Shown: positions 43,349 through 53,184 of the stretch, in pieces
How positions within the stretch are numbered: position 1 is the stretch's first letter
How the letters are laid out: the number at the start of each line of letters is the position of its first letter
Source: an uncultured Gemmatimonadales bacterium
GTDB taxonomy: Bacteria > Gemmatimonadota > Gemmatimonadetes > Gemmatimonadales > GWC2-71-9
Direction of reading: 5' to 3'
DNA: 64,000 bases
NCBI GenBank assembly: GCA_963795085.1
Contig: CAWCFX010000004.1
Location: 480,001-544,000, forward strand
Notes under the pieces: generated by a model
What the model saw: only the letters and a program-made list of their open reading frames with translations
What the model was told of the DNA's origin: nothing
Database searches by the model: none
Position numbers and translations under genes: made by a program

Positions 43349-44288
43349 GCGGCCCGCCAGGACGGACGGCGCGGCCGTTTTCCTTCTCCTGGCCCTGGTC
43401 ACGGCTGGTGCCAATGCCCAGCGCCCTCGGCCTGCCCCTCTCGCCCTGCCCGCCGGCTGGAACGATTCCTACTTTGCCCGGCTGGACGAAGGACGCAAGC
43501 CCAAGACCGTAGTCGCCGTGATGGACTTCACCGGCGGCGAATCGCTGGAGGCGCGGCTGCGCCTCCGCATGGCGGACGCGCTGGTCACCTCGCTGGTGCA
43601 GGCCGGCCGGTTCGACGTGGTCGAGCGGGAACGGCTTGACCTGGTACTGAGTGAACAGAACCTGGGGCAGTCCGGCCGGGTGGACCCCGCCACCGCCGCG
43701 CGGGTCGGCCGCATCCTGGGCGCCGAGCTGGTGGTGTTCGGGCTGGTCACCGGGGCCACCGAGCAGAAGATCGACAAGTTCTCCTACGACCTGGTCCGGA
43801 TCGAAGTCTCGATCGACGTCCGCGCCGTCAACGTGTCCACCGGGCGGGTGGTGATCTCCGAGAACGCCAGGGGCGCGGCGGAGGCCCGCGTGATTACCAC
43901 CGCCAGCGGCGAGGTGGTAAGCGGCCCCACCAATTTCGACCCGTTGTATCACGAAGCATCCCGGACCGCACTGGACCGCGCCGCGGCGCTGGTGTCCGGC
44001 GCGGCGCCGCTGGTCGGCTACGTGGTAGCCCGAAGCGGGCCGGGTGTCACGCTGGACCTCGGGGAAGACCGGGGTGTGAAAGCGGGAGACGGCTTTATCG
44101 CCTTTCGCCGCGGCAATCCAATTCTGCATCCCGTGAGCGGAGAGCGGATCGGCTGGGAGAAGACCGTGCTGGCGGCCCTCGAAGTGACCGCGACCGAAGC
44201 CGACCTGTCACAGGCCCGGATCGTCAACGCCGCCCCCGGTGCCGACCTCAAACCGGGCGACTTGGTCATCTTCCGGCCCAGTCCCTGA
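43338..44288 (+). CDS. CsgG/HfaB-family protein
   Basis: VAVMDF, RFDVVERERLDLVLSEQ, GRILGA. Confidence 0.85.
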   Translation: MRTRRPARTDGAAVFLLLALVTAGANAQRPRPAPLALPAGWNDSYFARLDEGRKPKTVVAVMDFTGGESLEARLRLRMADALVTSLVQAGRFDVVERERLDLVLSEQNLGQSGRVDPATAARVGRILGAELVVFGLVTGATEQKIDKFSYDLVRIEVSIDVRAVNVSTGRVVISENARGAAEARVITTASGEVVSGPTNFDPLYHEASRTALDRAAALVSGAAPLVGYVVARSGPGVTLDLGEDRGVKAGDGFIAFRRGNPILHPVSGERIGWEKTVLAALEVTATEADLSQARIVNAAPGADLKPGDLVIFRPSP

Positions 44289-44299
44289 CGAACCACGCT

Positions 44300-44355
44300 T
44301 CTCACCTCGTACCTCGTACCTCTCACCTCTCACCTCTCACTTCTCACTTCCACAC
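44300..44355. repeat. Heptamer tandem repeat (TCTCACY/TCGTACC)x8
   Basis: Directly visible intergenic pyrimidine-rich run. Confidence 0.85.
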
Positions 44356-44374
44356 CTTGTCACCGTCACCTCAC

Positions 44375-44971
44375 ATGCCGCCAGAGAAGGATGAACTCCG
44401 CCACCAGCTGCTGGCTCGCCGGGACGCGGAACCGGACCGGGAATCGCGCAGCCGCCTGATTCAGGATCGGCTTCTCGTCCTGCCGGAGTTCGACCGGGCC
44501 GAGCGGGTCCTGACGTATATCGGTGTCAAGAGCGAAGTGGGGACGGAGAGGATCGTGCAGGAAGCGCTGCGGCGGAGCAAGCGGGTGGCTGTGCCCTACG
44601 TAGCCGGGGATGTCTTGCGGGCTGCGTACATCTCCTCGCCGGCTGAACTCGCGCCCGCCGGGTTCGGGTTGCTCGAGCCCCTCATCGCGGTGCGGGAAGA
44701 CCCGGCCCGGCATTGCGCCCTCGAGACGGTGGACCTGTTCGTGGTGCCGGGGGTGGGTTTTGACCGCCGGGGAGGCCGCCTCGGTCACGGACGGGCGTAC
44801 TACGATCGCATGCTGGCAGGGTCCGGCCGCGGGGCCCGGTTCATCGCCGTGGCCTTTGCATGCCAGGTGGTCCCGGTGATTCCCATGACGCCGACCGACG
44901 TATATGTCCATGCGATCGTGACCGAACGCGAGACGGTCAGGCCGGCCGGCCCGCCGCCAGAAAGTTCCTGA
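44375..44971 (+). CDS. ygfA: 5-formyltetrahydrofolate cyclo-ligase
   Basis: KDELR, VPGVGFDRRGGRLGHGRAYYDR. Confidence 0.92.
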   Translation: MPPEKDELRHQLLARRDAEPDRESRSRLIQDRLLVLPEFDRAERVLTYIGVKSEVGTERIVQEALRRSKRVAVPYVAGDVLRAAYISSPAELAPAGFGLLEPLIAVREDPARHCALETVDLFVVPGVGFDRRGGRLGHGRAYYDRMLAGSGRGARFIAVAFACQVVPVIPMTPTDVYVHAIVTERETVRPAGPPPESS

Positions 44972-45512
44972 GCAGGTCATATCCCGACTGCGTCAGCACC
45001 GACTCGGGATGGAACTGGACGCCGCTGACCGGATATTGCCGGTGGGCGACTCCCATGATTTCGCCGTCCGGCGCGGTGGCCGTGACCCGGAGAACCCCAG
45101 GCAGATCCTTCTGGTTGATGGCCAGCGAGTGATAGCGCGTGGCGGTCAGCGGATTGGGCAGGCCTCGAAAGACATCGTCGCCCGAATGGCTGATGCTCGA
45201 CGTTTTACCGTGCATCGGCTGTCGGGAGCGCACGGTGGACCCGCCATACGCTTCCCCGATGCACTGGTGCCCCAGGCATACTCCCAGGATGGGCACGGTG
45301 GAGCCCAGTTCCCGGATCACGGCGGTGGAGACTCCCGCCTCCGCCGGCGTCCCGGGTCCCGGTGAAATGATGATATGCGAGGGGTGCATCGCCCCGATGT
45401 CGGCGGCCGCCAGGTCGTCGTTGCGGCGGACCGACGGGTCGCCGCCCAGCTCCCGCACATACCTCGCCAGGTTGAACACGAACGAATCGTAGTTGTCGAT
45501 CAGGAGGATCAC
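44937..45512 (-). CDS. pabA: Aminodeoxychorismate/anthranilate synthase component II
   Basis: IDNYDSF, SPGPG, GVCLGHQ, QFHPES. Confidence 0.9.
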   Translation of the reverse strand: MILLIDNYDSFVFNLARYVRELGGDPSVRRNDDLAAADIGAMHPSHIIISPGPGTPAEAGVSTAVIRELGSTVPILGVCLGHQCIGEAYGGSTVRSRQPMHGKTSSISHSGDDVFRGLPNPLTATRYHSLAINQKDLPGVLRVTATAPDGEIMGVAHRQYPVSGVQFHPESVLTQSGYDLLRNFLAAGRPA

Positions 45513-46975
45513 GGTTCCACCGCCCGGATCAGGGCCTCGGCCTTGTCGAGGGTCTCCCGGTATTCCGCCTCCGGGTCGGAATCCGCGACGATGCCGCCCC
45601 CGGCGTGGAAATAAGCGCGGCCTTCCACGATGACATAGGTACGGATCAGGATGCTGCTGTCCATGTGACCCGTCAGGCTCCAGTAGCCCAGCGCGCCGGT
45701 ATAGGGCCCTCGCACCGTCGGCTCCAGCTCGGCGATGATCTCCATTGCCCGGATCTTGGGCGCGCCGGTAATGGAACCGCCGGGAAAGGTGGCATGGACC
45801 AGGTCAACCAGGGTCTTCCCCTTCTCCAGTGTGCCGGTCACCGTCGACACCAGGTGATGCACCGTGGGATGGCTCTCCAGGGCCAGCAGGGACGGGACCT
45901 CGACCGACCCCGGCGCGCAGACCCGCGACAAGTCATTCCGCAGCAGGTCCACGATCATCACGTTCTCGGCCTGGTCCTTGGCGCTGGCGACCAGGTCCTC
46001 GCGGAGGCGGGCGTCTTCCCGGAGCGATCCGCCGCGGGGACGGGTGCCCTTGATCGGCCGGGTCTCCACCGCGCGGGTGCCTGCGTCATAAAGGAGGAAG
46101 CGCTCCGGGGAGGCGCTGGCGATCACCGCTTCACCGAGGTCAAGCAATCCCCCAAAGGGCGCCGGGGTGATCGCCCGCAATCGTTCGTACAGCGCGAGAG
46201 GACTCTCCCCCAGAGGTGCATCGAACCGCTGCGAGAGGTTCACCTGGAACACGTCGCCCCGGAGAATGTACCGCACCACTTCGGCCACCGCGGCCCGATA
46301 CCGGTCGGCGGTGAACGAGGACCGCACCTGGCCCGCCAGCGGAAAGCTGGGTGCCAGCATGGTGCGCGACGTCACCTCACGCTGGTTCCGGCGGCCCGGC
46401 GCCCGAGCGGCCAGCGCCGACTGCACCAGGCGAAGCCGCTCCGCGGCACGCCGGGCGCGTGCCGGCCCCAGGTCAGGCAGCCCGGTGGAAACAATCCACG
46501 CCCGCCCGGCAAGATGGTCCCAGGCGATGGTCCAGTCGTACACACCGATACTGAGATCGGGGAGGTTGAGGTCATCGAATCGGGCCCGGGGAATCCGCTC
46601 CAGGCGGCGGCCATACTCGTACCCGATGAAGCCGATGGCTCCCCCCTGGAACGGGGGCAGTCCCGCCACCGGAGCCGCACCATAGGGAGCCATCTGGTCC
46701 CACACGGCCTGCACCGGGTCACCCGCCAGTTCGAGGACCTCTCCCCGGGCAGGAGTCGCCCGGGTGGTTCGCTCGCCACGGCACTGGATGAGGTAGACCG
46801 GATCGGCGGAAAGAAAGGAATAGCGGCTGGCGCCAGAAGCAGGCGCAGAACTGTCCAGGAATGCCAGGTGGGGCAGGCCGGCGAGCAGGGTCACGGCTTC
46901 CAGCGGCGCCGGCGGCGGGTTCAGCTCCAGGACGAGGGGCAGGTCATCCCCGAGGCCGGAGCCTCCAGCCTTCAT
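45509..46975 (-). CDS. pabB: Aminodeoxychorismate synthase component I
   Basis: SPERFL, PIKGTR, AENVMIVDLLRND, GSITGAPK. Confidence 0.92.
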   Translation of the reverse strand: MKAGGSGLGDDLPLVLELNPPPAPLEAVTLLAGLPHLAFLDSSAPASGASRYSFLSADPVYLIQCRGERTTRATPARGEVLELAGDPVQAVWDQMAPYGAAPVAGLPPFQGGAIGFIGYEYGRRLERIPRARFDDLNLPDLSIGVYDWTIAWDHLAGRAWIVSTGLPDLGPARARRAAERLRLVQSALAARAPGRRNQREVTSRTMLAPSFPLAGQVRSSFTADRYRAAVAEVVRYILRGDVFQVNLSQRFDAPLGESPLALYERLRAITPAPFGGLLDLGEAVIASASPERFLLYDAGTRAVETRPIKGTRPRGGSLREDARLREDLVASAKDQAENVMIVDLLRNDLSRVCAPGSVEVPSLLALESHPTVHHLVSTVTGTLEKGKTLVDLVHATFPGGSITGAPKIRAMEIIAELEPTVRGPYTGALGYWSLTGHMDSSILIRTYVIVEGRAYFHAGGGIVADSDPEAEYRETLDKAEALIRAVEP

Positions 46976-47337
46976 GCCGGGGGAGCCGCGTTTCCGCTCA
47001 CAATAGGCTTGGGGGGGCCGCTCAGGGAACTTGAGGCTGGTGGGGTCCAGAGAACCGTATCCTCGATAAGTCGGGCGGCGTCGAAATCCAGCGCCGTGAT
47101 CCCTTCCGCCGTGTGGGTCCAGAGTCGCACGCCGACGCTGGACCAGGAGACGCTGAGATCAGGATGGTGCCCTGCCGCTTCACAGAGAAACCCGATCGCG
47201 TTCACGACCATGAGGGTGCTGCCCCACCCGCTTGTTGTATAGGTGCGCGACAGTGCCTGCCCGTCCTGCGCCCATCCGGGCAGGGTGTCGAGCCGGCGCG
47301 CGATGCCGGCACTATCCAGCGGGGTTTCTTTTCTCAT
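46972..47337 (-). CDS. phhB: Pterin-4-alpha-carbinolamine dehydratase
   Basis: EAAGHHPDL, LWTH..GIT..DF..A. Confidence 0.9.
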   Translation of the reverse strand: MRKETPLDSAGIARRLDTLPGWAQDGQALSRTYTTSGWGSTLMVVNAIGFLCEAAGHHPDLSVSWSSVGVRLWTHTAEGITALDFDAARLIEDTVLWTPPASSSLSGPPKPIVSGNAAPPA

Positions 47338-47346
47338 TGGACTCTC

Positions 47347-47844
47347 CTAGTCGGGCTGGAGCGTGGATCGGTAGTATGCGGCCTGGCCCACGCTCTCTTC
47401 CACCTCGATCTCCAGCATCGCCAGGTTCGCGAACCGCACCAGGTGAGGGCGCAATTGCTCCGCCAGGTACTGGGCGATCATCTCCGCCGTGGTGTTGGTG
47501 ATCGGGAGCAGGGCACAGTCCGCCCGGGGAAACACAAACCGGCGGTGGCCGAAATAGTCCACGACCAGGCTCTCGCCTTCTTCGCGGTATCCCAGCTTGG
47601 GGTTCTGGGCCGGCAGCAGCACCCGGTGGTCCATTGGCTTGATCAGCCCCCGCACCGCGTCCTTGAGAATCGCGAAATCCACGACGAAGGCGCATTCCGG
47701 GTCCACGTCCCCTTCGACCCTCACGCCGACTCGATAGTTATGGCCGTGGAGAGACTCGCACTGGTGGCCGGAGAAGGTGATGAAATGGGCCGAGGAAAAA
47801 GTAAGGTAGTCCTTGCTCACCACGACCTTGAACTGGTGCCCCAC
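47347..47844 (-). CDS. 6-pyruvoyl/6-carboxy-tetrahydropterin synthase family (CExxHGH, PTPS-I/III type)
   Basis: FSSAH, CESLHGHNY, DH, NTTAE; GTG start inferred. Confidence 0.88.
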   Translation of the reverse strand: MGHQFKVVVSKDYLTFSSAHFITFSGHQCESLHGHNYRVGVRVEGDVDPECAFVVDFAILKDAVRGLIKPMDHRVLLPAQNPKLGYREEGESLVVDYFGHRRFVFPRADCALLPITNTTAEMIAQYLAEQLRPHLVRFANLAMLEIEVEESVGQAAYYRSTLQPD

Positions 47845-47954
47845 ATGCCGCCTTCGACAAAGGTGAACGAAGAATATAGAGACGTCCCGTATGGAGGACA
47901 GAACCAATCCCCTAGGCTTCTCGTAAATCATTGCTGTACAATGACATAAATGGT

Positions 47955-47970
47955 TGGCACGGGGCTGGCA
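47955..47970 (+). promoter_or_regulatory. Sigma54 (-24/-12) promoter
   Basis: TGGCACGGGGCTGGCA (GG-N10-GC) with an AT-rich tract upstream. Confidence 0.6.
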
Positions 47971-48015
47971 CTAGGGGACGACAGTATCCGATTCGCCAAC
48001 GTAATGGAGGACACC

Positions 48016-48568
48016 ATGAAACGAATGATCAGCGCTGCTGCCCTGGCGCTTGCCGTCGCGGCCTTCAGTGGGATCAAAGCGGAGGCCCAGTCCAGGGATT
48101 CCAATTGGGATGACCGGGTAGGTCAGGTGTCGGGCCGGCCGGACTCCCGCCAGTCACAGAGAGTGGAATCACGGTCGGGGTCGTATTGGGGTGACCGGGT
48201 GGGCCAGGTTTCCGGCCGCCGGGTCGTCGTTCGGCAGCCGGCCCGAACCGTCTATCGGCCGTCCGGGCCAGTGTACCGAAACGCTCCGCGAGTCCTCGTG
48301 GTGGACCAGATTCACCAGCCCGGCAAGTGGTTCAAGCGGCATCGGAATGCGCGGGTAGTGACGGTATGGTACGACCGGGATCGGGCCCAGTACTACGATG
48401 CCTACCGGCCTGGACTCCGCGAAGTGGAGATCTACCGAGTGAACGGGCGCTATTTCGATCGCTATCCGGCCAGTCACTACCGGTCCAACGGAAGGGACCG
48501 GGACCGCGGACTACGACCGGGATCGGGATCGGGACCGCGATAGGGATCGCGACCGGAACGACGATTGA
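48016..48568 (+). CDS. Hypothetical secreted protein with an Asp-Arg repeat tail; apparent frameshift ~48508
   Basis: GGAGG RBS, signal peptide, duplicated W.DRVGQVSGR. The DR tail continues in another frame to TGA 48566-48568. Confidence 0.7.
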
Positions 48569-48660
48569 AGGTGATCACGAAAGGAGCCGGCCGTTCTACT
48601 ACGCGGCTAAGCATTACCCGGCTGGCTCGCTAAACCTGTGGCTCCCCGCCACGGGTTCGA

Positions 48661-48690
48661 ATAGCCCCGAAGTTCGGGGCTATTTGTTTG
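48661..48690. terminator. Probable intrinsic terminator between convergent genes
   Basis: Perfect inverted repeat ATAGCCCCGAA-G-TTCGGGGCTAT followed by TTGTTT. Confidence 0.6.
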
Positions 48691-49217
48691 CCCCCTCGCC
48701 ATGGATTGGCTTGGTGTCGGAACCAAAGCGCTTCGCGACTGCCCTCAAGTAGCTGTCGATCGTGCCATGGTACCCCATTATTCTGGAAATGACCCGGAAG
48801 AAGGGATTGCCCACCCACCCGTCTTCGGTGATCGTGAGCCGGCTGCCGCTTCCCTCAGGGATTATGTCATAGGTCCAGGTGCCCCCAAACGGTGCTTTCC
48901 CTTCGGTCGCGATCCGCGTGACCAGTCGGCGGGGGGGATCCTCTGCCTCGATCACCAGGGGCAATTCAAAGCCGTTCTTCATCGCCTGGGTCCACGATTC
49001 CCGGTCTTGCCGGCGTGTCCCGCACCGAGGACACGATATCGGGCCAGAACGCGGGGACCTGGCCCAGGTCCCGCACGAGCGCCCAGACTTCCTCCGGTGT
49101 GGCGCTCAGGTCGATCCAGCTGGTGGCGCGGTGCTCTTTTGGGAGGACCAGGCCGACCAGGAACAGGACCAGGAGCAGCGCCAGGGCTCCGCCGACCAGC
49201 AGAAGGATCCATCGCAT
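48680..49217 (-). pseudogene. SRPBCC-family protein split by a frameshift (~49012); probably an assembly error
   Basis: The N-half (LPKEH..PEEVW) and C-half (PPRRLVTRI, FGGTWTY, TITEDG..NP.FR) lie in different frames. Confidence 0.75.
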
Positions 49218-49303
49218 GGTTTTTCTCCGGTGGGCTCGACAGGGCTATGATTAGAAAGCAAGTATACAGCGGCCCCGCAGGGAGACAAGCACGGAGAGCA
49301 TGC

Positions 49304-49801
49304 ATGCCTGAGCACGCCTACCAGGTACCCGACGGCACCGATATCGGCCACGTCCATCTCAAGGTGGCGGACCTGGACCGTGCCCTCGCGTTCTATACCG
49401 GCGTCCTCGGTTTCCGGTTGATGACGCGGATGGGCCCCGGCGCCGCCTTCGTCTCGGCGGGCGGCTATCACCACCATATCGGCCTGAACACCTGGGAGAG
49501 CGCCGGAGGATCACCGCCGCCCGCCGGTCATTCCGGGCTGTATCACCTGGCCATTCGGTATCCCGCCCGGCGCGATCTCGCTGAGGTCCTCCGCCGGCTC
49601 CAGTCCGCGAAAGTTCCCCTCCAGGGCGCGGCCGATCATGGGGTGAGCGAAGCCCTGTACCTCGCCGACCCCGACCAGAACGGCGTGGAACTGTACTGGG
49701 ATCGCCCCCGGGACCAGTGGCCCGCCTCCCCGGACGGCTCCCTCACCATGTACACCAGGCCGCTGGACCTCGCCGGCCTGCTGGCCACCTTGAACCCATG
49801 A
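49304..49801 (+). CDS. VOC/glyoxalase (CatE-like) protein
   Basis: IGHVHLKV, GGYHHHIGLNTW, GLYHLA, DHGVSEALYLADPDQNGVELY. Confidence 0.92.
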   Translation: MPEHAYQVPDGTDIGHVHLKVADLDRALAFYTGVLGFRLMTRMGPGAAFVSAGGYHHHIGLNTWESAGGSPPPAGHSGLYHLAIRYPARRDLAEVLRRLQSAKVPLQGAADHGVSEALYLADPDQNGVELYWDRPRDQWPASPDGSLTMYTRPLDLAGLLATLNP

Positions 49802-52410
49802 TCCCCGCCCGCGACCACCAGCTTCCCCCCGATCCCGATGCGTACCGCTCGGCTCCCCATCCCAAGGGGCGAGTCATCGTCATCGCCCCGACCCGGGCCG
49901 CTTGCGAAACCATCGAGCTGGCGATGGCGCTGCACCTGGACACGGTGCTGGAGCGGGAGCACGGAGACGAGTTACGCCAGTGGGCCCGGGAAGGGAAGGG
50001 CTTTGGCATCGTCGCGGGCACGGGCACCGGGAAGACCCTGGGCATCCGTCCCATCGCGGAGGCAATCGTCCAGGCGCCCCTCAAGGTCGGCGTCGTCAAC
50101 CGGGAGCGCGAAGCGACCCCCGAAACGCCGCAGTGGAACGTCGTCATCGTCACCACCGGCATCGCCCGCCGCTGGTTCCAGGACGACCTGATCACCGGCC
50201 GCGACACCATCGTGGCCGATGAGATCCACCAGACCTCCGCCGAACTGGAACTGTGCCTGGCCCTGGGGAAGCGGGCCGGGTGCCGGTTTATCTGGCTCAG
50301 CGCGACCGTGGATCCCTCCTTCTATGCCCGCTACCTCAATAGCGCCGAGGTACTGCAGACCTCCGCGTTTGATCCGGCGCTCAAGGCCCGGGTCCGGGTG
50401 CTGGCGCAGGAGCCCGCCGAGTTCCTGGATGACAAGTTCATCCGCCACGTGATCAAGGAAAAGCGGGGAGTGGCCGTGTTCGTGCCCACCAGGAAGGAAG
50501 TCGAGAACCTGGCCGAGTCCCTCGGCGACCGCTGGCCCCGGCTCAACGCGGCTTTCTATCATGGGGGCGAGCCGATCCGGGTCATCCGGCCCTTCCTCGA
50601 GGGCGAAGCGGAGCACCCGTTCCTGCTCGCCATGACCGCCGCGGGACAATCGGCGTTGAATGTCCGGGGCCTCGACACCGTGGTGATTTTCGATGCCCGC
50701 TACGGGAACGTGGTGGACCGCGGCCGGAACGTTCTCCACCGCCTTCACCTCGGCGCCAACGAGATCCTCCAGATGGCGGGCCGGGTGCACGGCCGGGTCG
50801 CCAACGGCGAAGTCGTCATCCTCAGTGACCGCCGCCTGGTGTTCGATCAGCTGCGTCCCACGCCGCCGGAGTTCCAGTTGGCCGGCGATGCCGAGCGGGT
50901 CGCCATCACCTGCGCCGCGATCGGGGTGGACGCGCAGGATCTCGACCTCCCGGTCCCGCTGGATCGGACCGCCTACCGCCGGGCTGTCGGGCTGCTCACC
51001 TCCCGGGGCATCATCGAAGAGGGGCGGCTTACCAACTACGGCCGCAAGGTGGAAGCCCTGCCGGTGGAGCGGGCCTGGGGCGAACTGCTGGTGCACGCGG
51101 ATCCGGATCTGGTGCCGGTCATCGCGGTCGCCTCGAGTATCGAATCGCTCCACCGGATGACGCGGGAAGAACGGGAGCTTCACGGGGTGGCCGTCAATGG
51201 CAGTGACCACCTCACGGCCTATAATCTCTACGCCGAAGCGGTCAACCAGTACGGGAGCATGGGGTCCGTGTACGGCCTGCCCCGTCACGTTTTTGAGGAG
51301 GGCCTGGGGGAGTGGGCCGAGAAGCGGGGGGTGCTCATCAAGGCCGTGGAGGATACCGCCCTGGGCGTCGCGTCGGTGTACCGGTCCCTGGACCTGGACC
51401 TGCCCGCGCGTTTGCCGCACGCGTCCCGCGATGTTCACCGCCGTTTTCGCGAGCTGCTTGCCCGCATCATGCCCTTTGACCTGGTAATCGATGAGCACAC
51501 CGCCGATGGCCAGGAAGCCCGGGTCTCCCGCAGCTCCCTGGCCGGGAGCTGGGGTGGGGTGGCCGGTTCCCTGCGCTACTTCGCCGACCGGATGGGGATT
51601 CCCCGGGCGGCCATCGAGGGCACCACGCTCCCCTACGACCTGATCCGGGAGCACGCCCAGTGGGGTGCTCCCGTGGTGGCGCTCTCGCCCCGGCGGAAGG
51701 ACCAGCACCTCATCACCCGGCGGCGGCTCAGTTACTTCGGGTTCGAGCTGGAAACGGTGGTGGAGGCGATCGACGGCCAGGTGCCGGCGCCCCTGGCGGA
51801 GACGGCCCGGGACACGATGGCCGATGGTCTCATGTCCGGCGAAACGGTGCACCCCGACCAGGGGAAAGTCCGGCGGGTGCTCGAAGAGATGGGAGAACTC
51901 TGGCGCCGGTCCGCGGGAACTCTCCCTGAGTTAAGCGGCGGATCCCTCCGGGGCCGTATCCGGAGCCAGCTGGGAGCCGTGGAAAGCTGGGAGGAATTCA
52001 TGCGAACCCGGGTCACGCTCACGCCCTCCGAGCTGGTGCCCGACGATGTGAGGGAAGCCCTGATGCAGCTGCCATCCATGATCCGCCTGAAAGGCGATGC
52101 CGTGGCGCTGGACTATGCCCTGGAGGACGAGGTGGGGGTGGTACGGCTGCGGTTACGCGAGGGGCAGGCCCACCAGCTGCAGGAACGGGACATTCCCGAA
52201 TTCGACCGGCCCCTGCGGTTCACCGTGGTGCGGGGCGGTGGCGAGGCTATCCGGGCCGCGAGTCTGCCCGAACTCAAGGCCCTCCTCAGGGGCATCGGAA
52301 AGCCGAAGAAATCTCGCCAGCCCAACCGGGGTGACGGACGCCCCGACCCCCGGGGGGGGCATCGGGGCAAAGGGCGGGGCCAGCACCACCAGCGACGCGG
52401 CCGCCGCTGA
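49798..52410 (+). CDS. DEAH/HrpAB-like SF2 helicase
   Basis: GTGTGKT, DEIH, SAT, QMAGR; basic C-terminal tail. Confidence 0.88.
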   Translation: MIPARDHQLPPDPDAYRSAPHPKGRVIVIAPTRAACETIELAMALHLDTVLEREHGDELRQWAREGKGFGIVAGTGTGKTLGIRPIAEAIVQAPLKVGVVNREREATPETPQWNVVIVTTGIARRWFQDDLITGRDTIVADEIHQTSAELELCLALGKRAGCRFIWLSATVDPSFYARYLNSAEVLQTSAFDPALKARVRVLAQEPAEFLDDKFIRHVIKEKRGVAVFVPTRKEVENLAESLGDRWPRLNAAFYHGGEPIRVIRPFLEGEAEHPFLLAMTAAGQSALNVRGLDTVVIFDARYGNVVDRGRNVLHRLHLGANEILQMAGRVHGRVANGEVVILSDRRLVFDQLRPTPPEFQLAGDAERVAITCAAIGVDAQDLDLPVPLDRTAYRRAVGLLTSRGIIEEGRLTNYGRKVEALPVERAWGELLVHADPDLVPVIAVASSIESLHRMTREERELHGVAVNGSDHLTAYNLYAEAVNQYGSMGSVYGLPRHVFEEGLGEWAEKRGVLIKAVEDTALGVASVYRSLDLDLPARLPHASRDVHRRFRELLARIMPFDLVIDEHTADGQEARVSRSSLAGSWGGVAGSLRYFADRMGIPRAAIEGTTLPYDLIREHAQWGAPVVALSPRRKDQHLITRRRLSYFGFELETVVEAIDGQVPAPLAETARDTMADGLMSGETVHPDQGKVRRVLEEMGELWRRSAGTLPELSGGSLRGRIRSQLGAVESWEEFMRTRVTLTPSELVPDDVREALMQLPSMIRLKGDAVALDYALEDEVGVVRLRLREGQAHQLQERDIPEFDRPLRFTVVRGGGEAIRAASLPELKALLRGIGKPKKSRQPNRGDGRPDPRGGHRGKGRGQHHQRRGRR

Positions 52411-52429
52411 CCCACTTTTCCGAATCCGG

Positions 52430-52942
52430 CTACAGCACCCCCAGCCAGAACCGGTGGTACGATTCCCGAACGGCCTGGTCGTCATGGCCATGGAGAAGGG
52501 CAATCTGGAAGCCGGTCAGCACCGATTCGATGACATGGCCCAGGCTCGGTTCGCTGGAACCGAGCGCACGGGCCGCCGCCTGTTCCAACCGGGCCAAGTC
52601 CCGCTCCTGAGAGCGAAGGCCGTGATGGACCGCCTGGTCCGTCAGGGCGGAAAGGGAGAGCCACGCCGCGAACTCTCCTGTCCGCACTTCGGCCGTGAGC
52701 GTATTCCATAGCGCGTCCAGGGCCGTCGCCCCGTCATGCTCCAGCGCGGCCAGCCGGCGGGCGATTCTCTCGCCTTTCAGGGACTCGCCTGCCTGGGCCA
52801 GCAGGTTCGCCTTGGTCTTGTAGTGATAGTTCACCAGCCCCTTGGCGCAGCTGGCTTCCCGCGCCACATCTTCAATAGTCCAGGCGGCCAGCCCGTTCCG
52901 CACCAGCACCGCCTTGGCCGCCTCAAGGATTTCGCTTTTCAT
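52430..52942 (-). CDS. TetR/AcrR-family regulator
   Basis: EILEAA..L..G....TIEDVAREA..AKGLVNYHYKTK. Confidence 0.9.
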   Translation of the reverse strand: MKSEILEAAKAVLVRNGLAAWTIEDVAREASCAKGLVNYHYKTKANLLAQAGESLKGERIARRLAALEHDGATALDALWNTLTAEVRTGEFAAWLSLSALTDQAVHHGLRSQERDLARLEQAAARALGSSEPSLGHVIESVLTGFQIALLHGHDDQAVRESYHRFWLGVL

Positions 52943-53184
52943 TTCCGTTCGAATCTCGATCGGGTCGGTTTTCGTCAAGATACCGGTTGCGTCACGTTTG
53001 TCCGGTTGAAACGTCATATCTAGGGACGGCAAAACGTCAGGTCAAACTTACGACACCTGCCGTCAGCCGGTTTGTTCGACTTAAGTGCTTGATTTTCAAT
53101 GTTGTAGGTACCCCCGTTATCATTGGGGCGCCTTCCCGACGTCCCGGGTTGAAACCTTCACTTGTCCGAAACGTAGGCCCACCT

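Noticed and set aside
44289..44374. 6S RNA upstream of ygfA
   Set aside because: The gap is only ~85 nt and filled with heptamer repeats.
48640..48670. GGGTTCGAAT tRNA T-loop-like motif (possible selC)
   Set aside because: The T-stem and acceptor stem do not pair; no cloverleaf.
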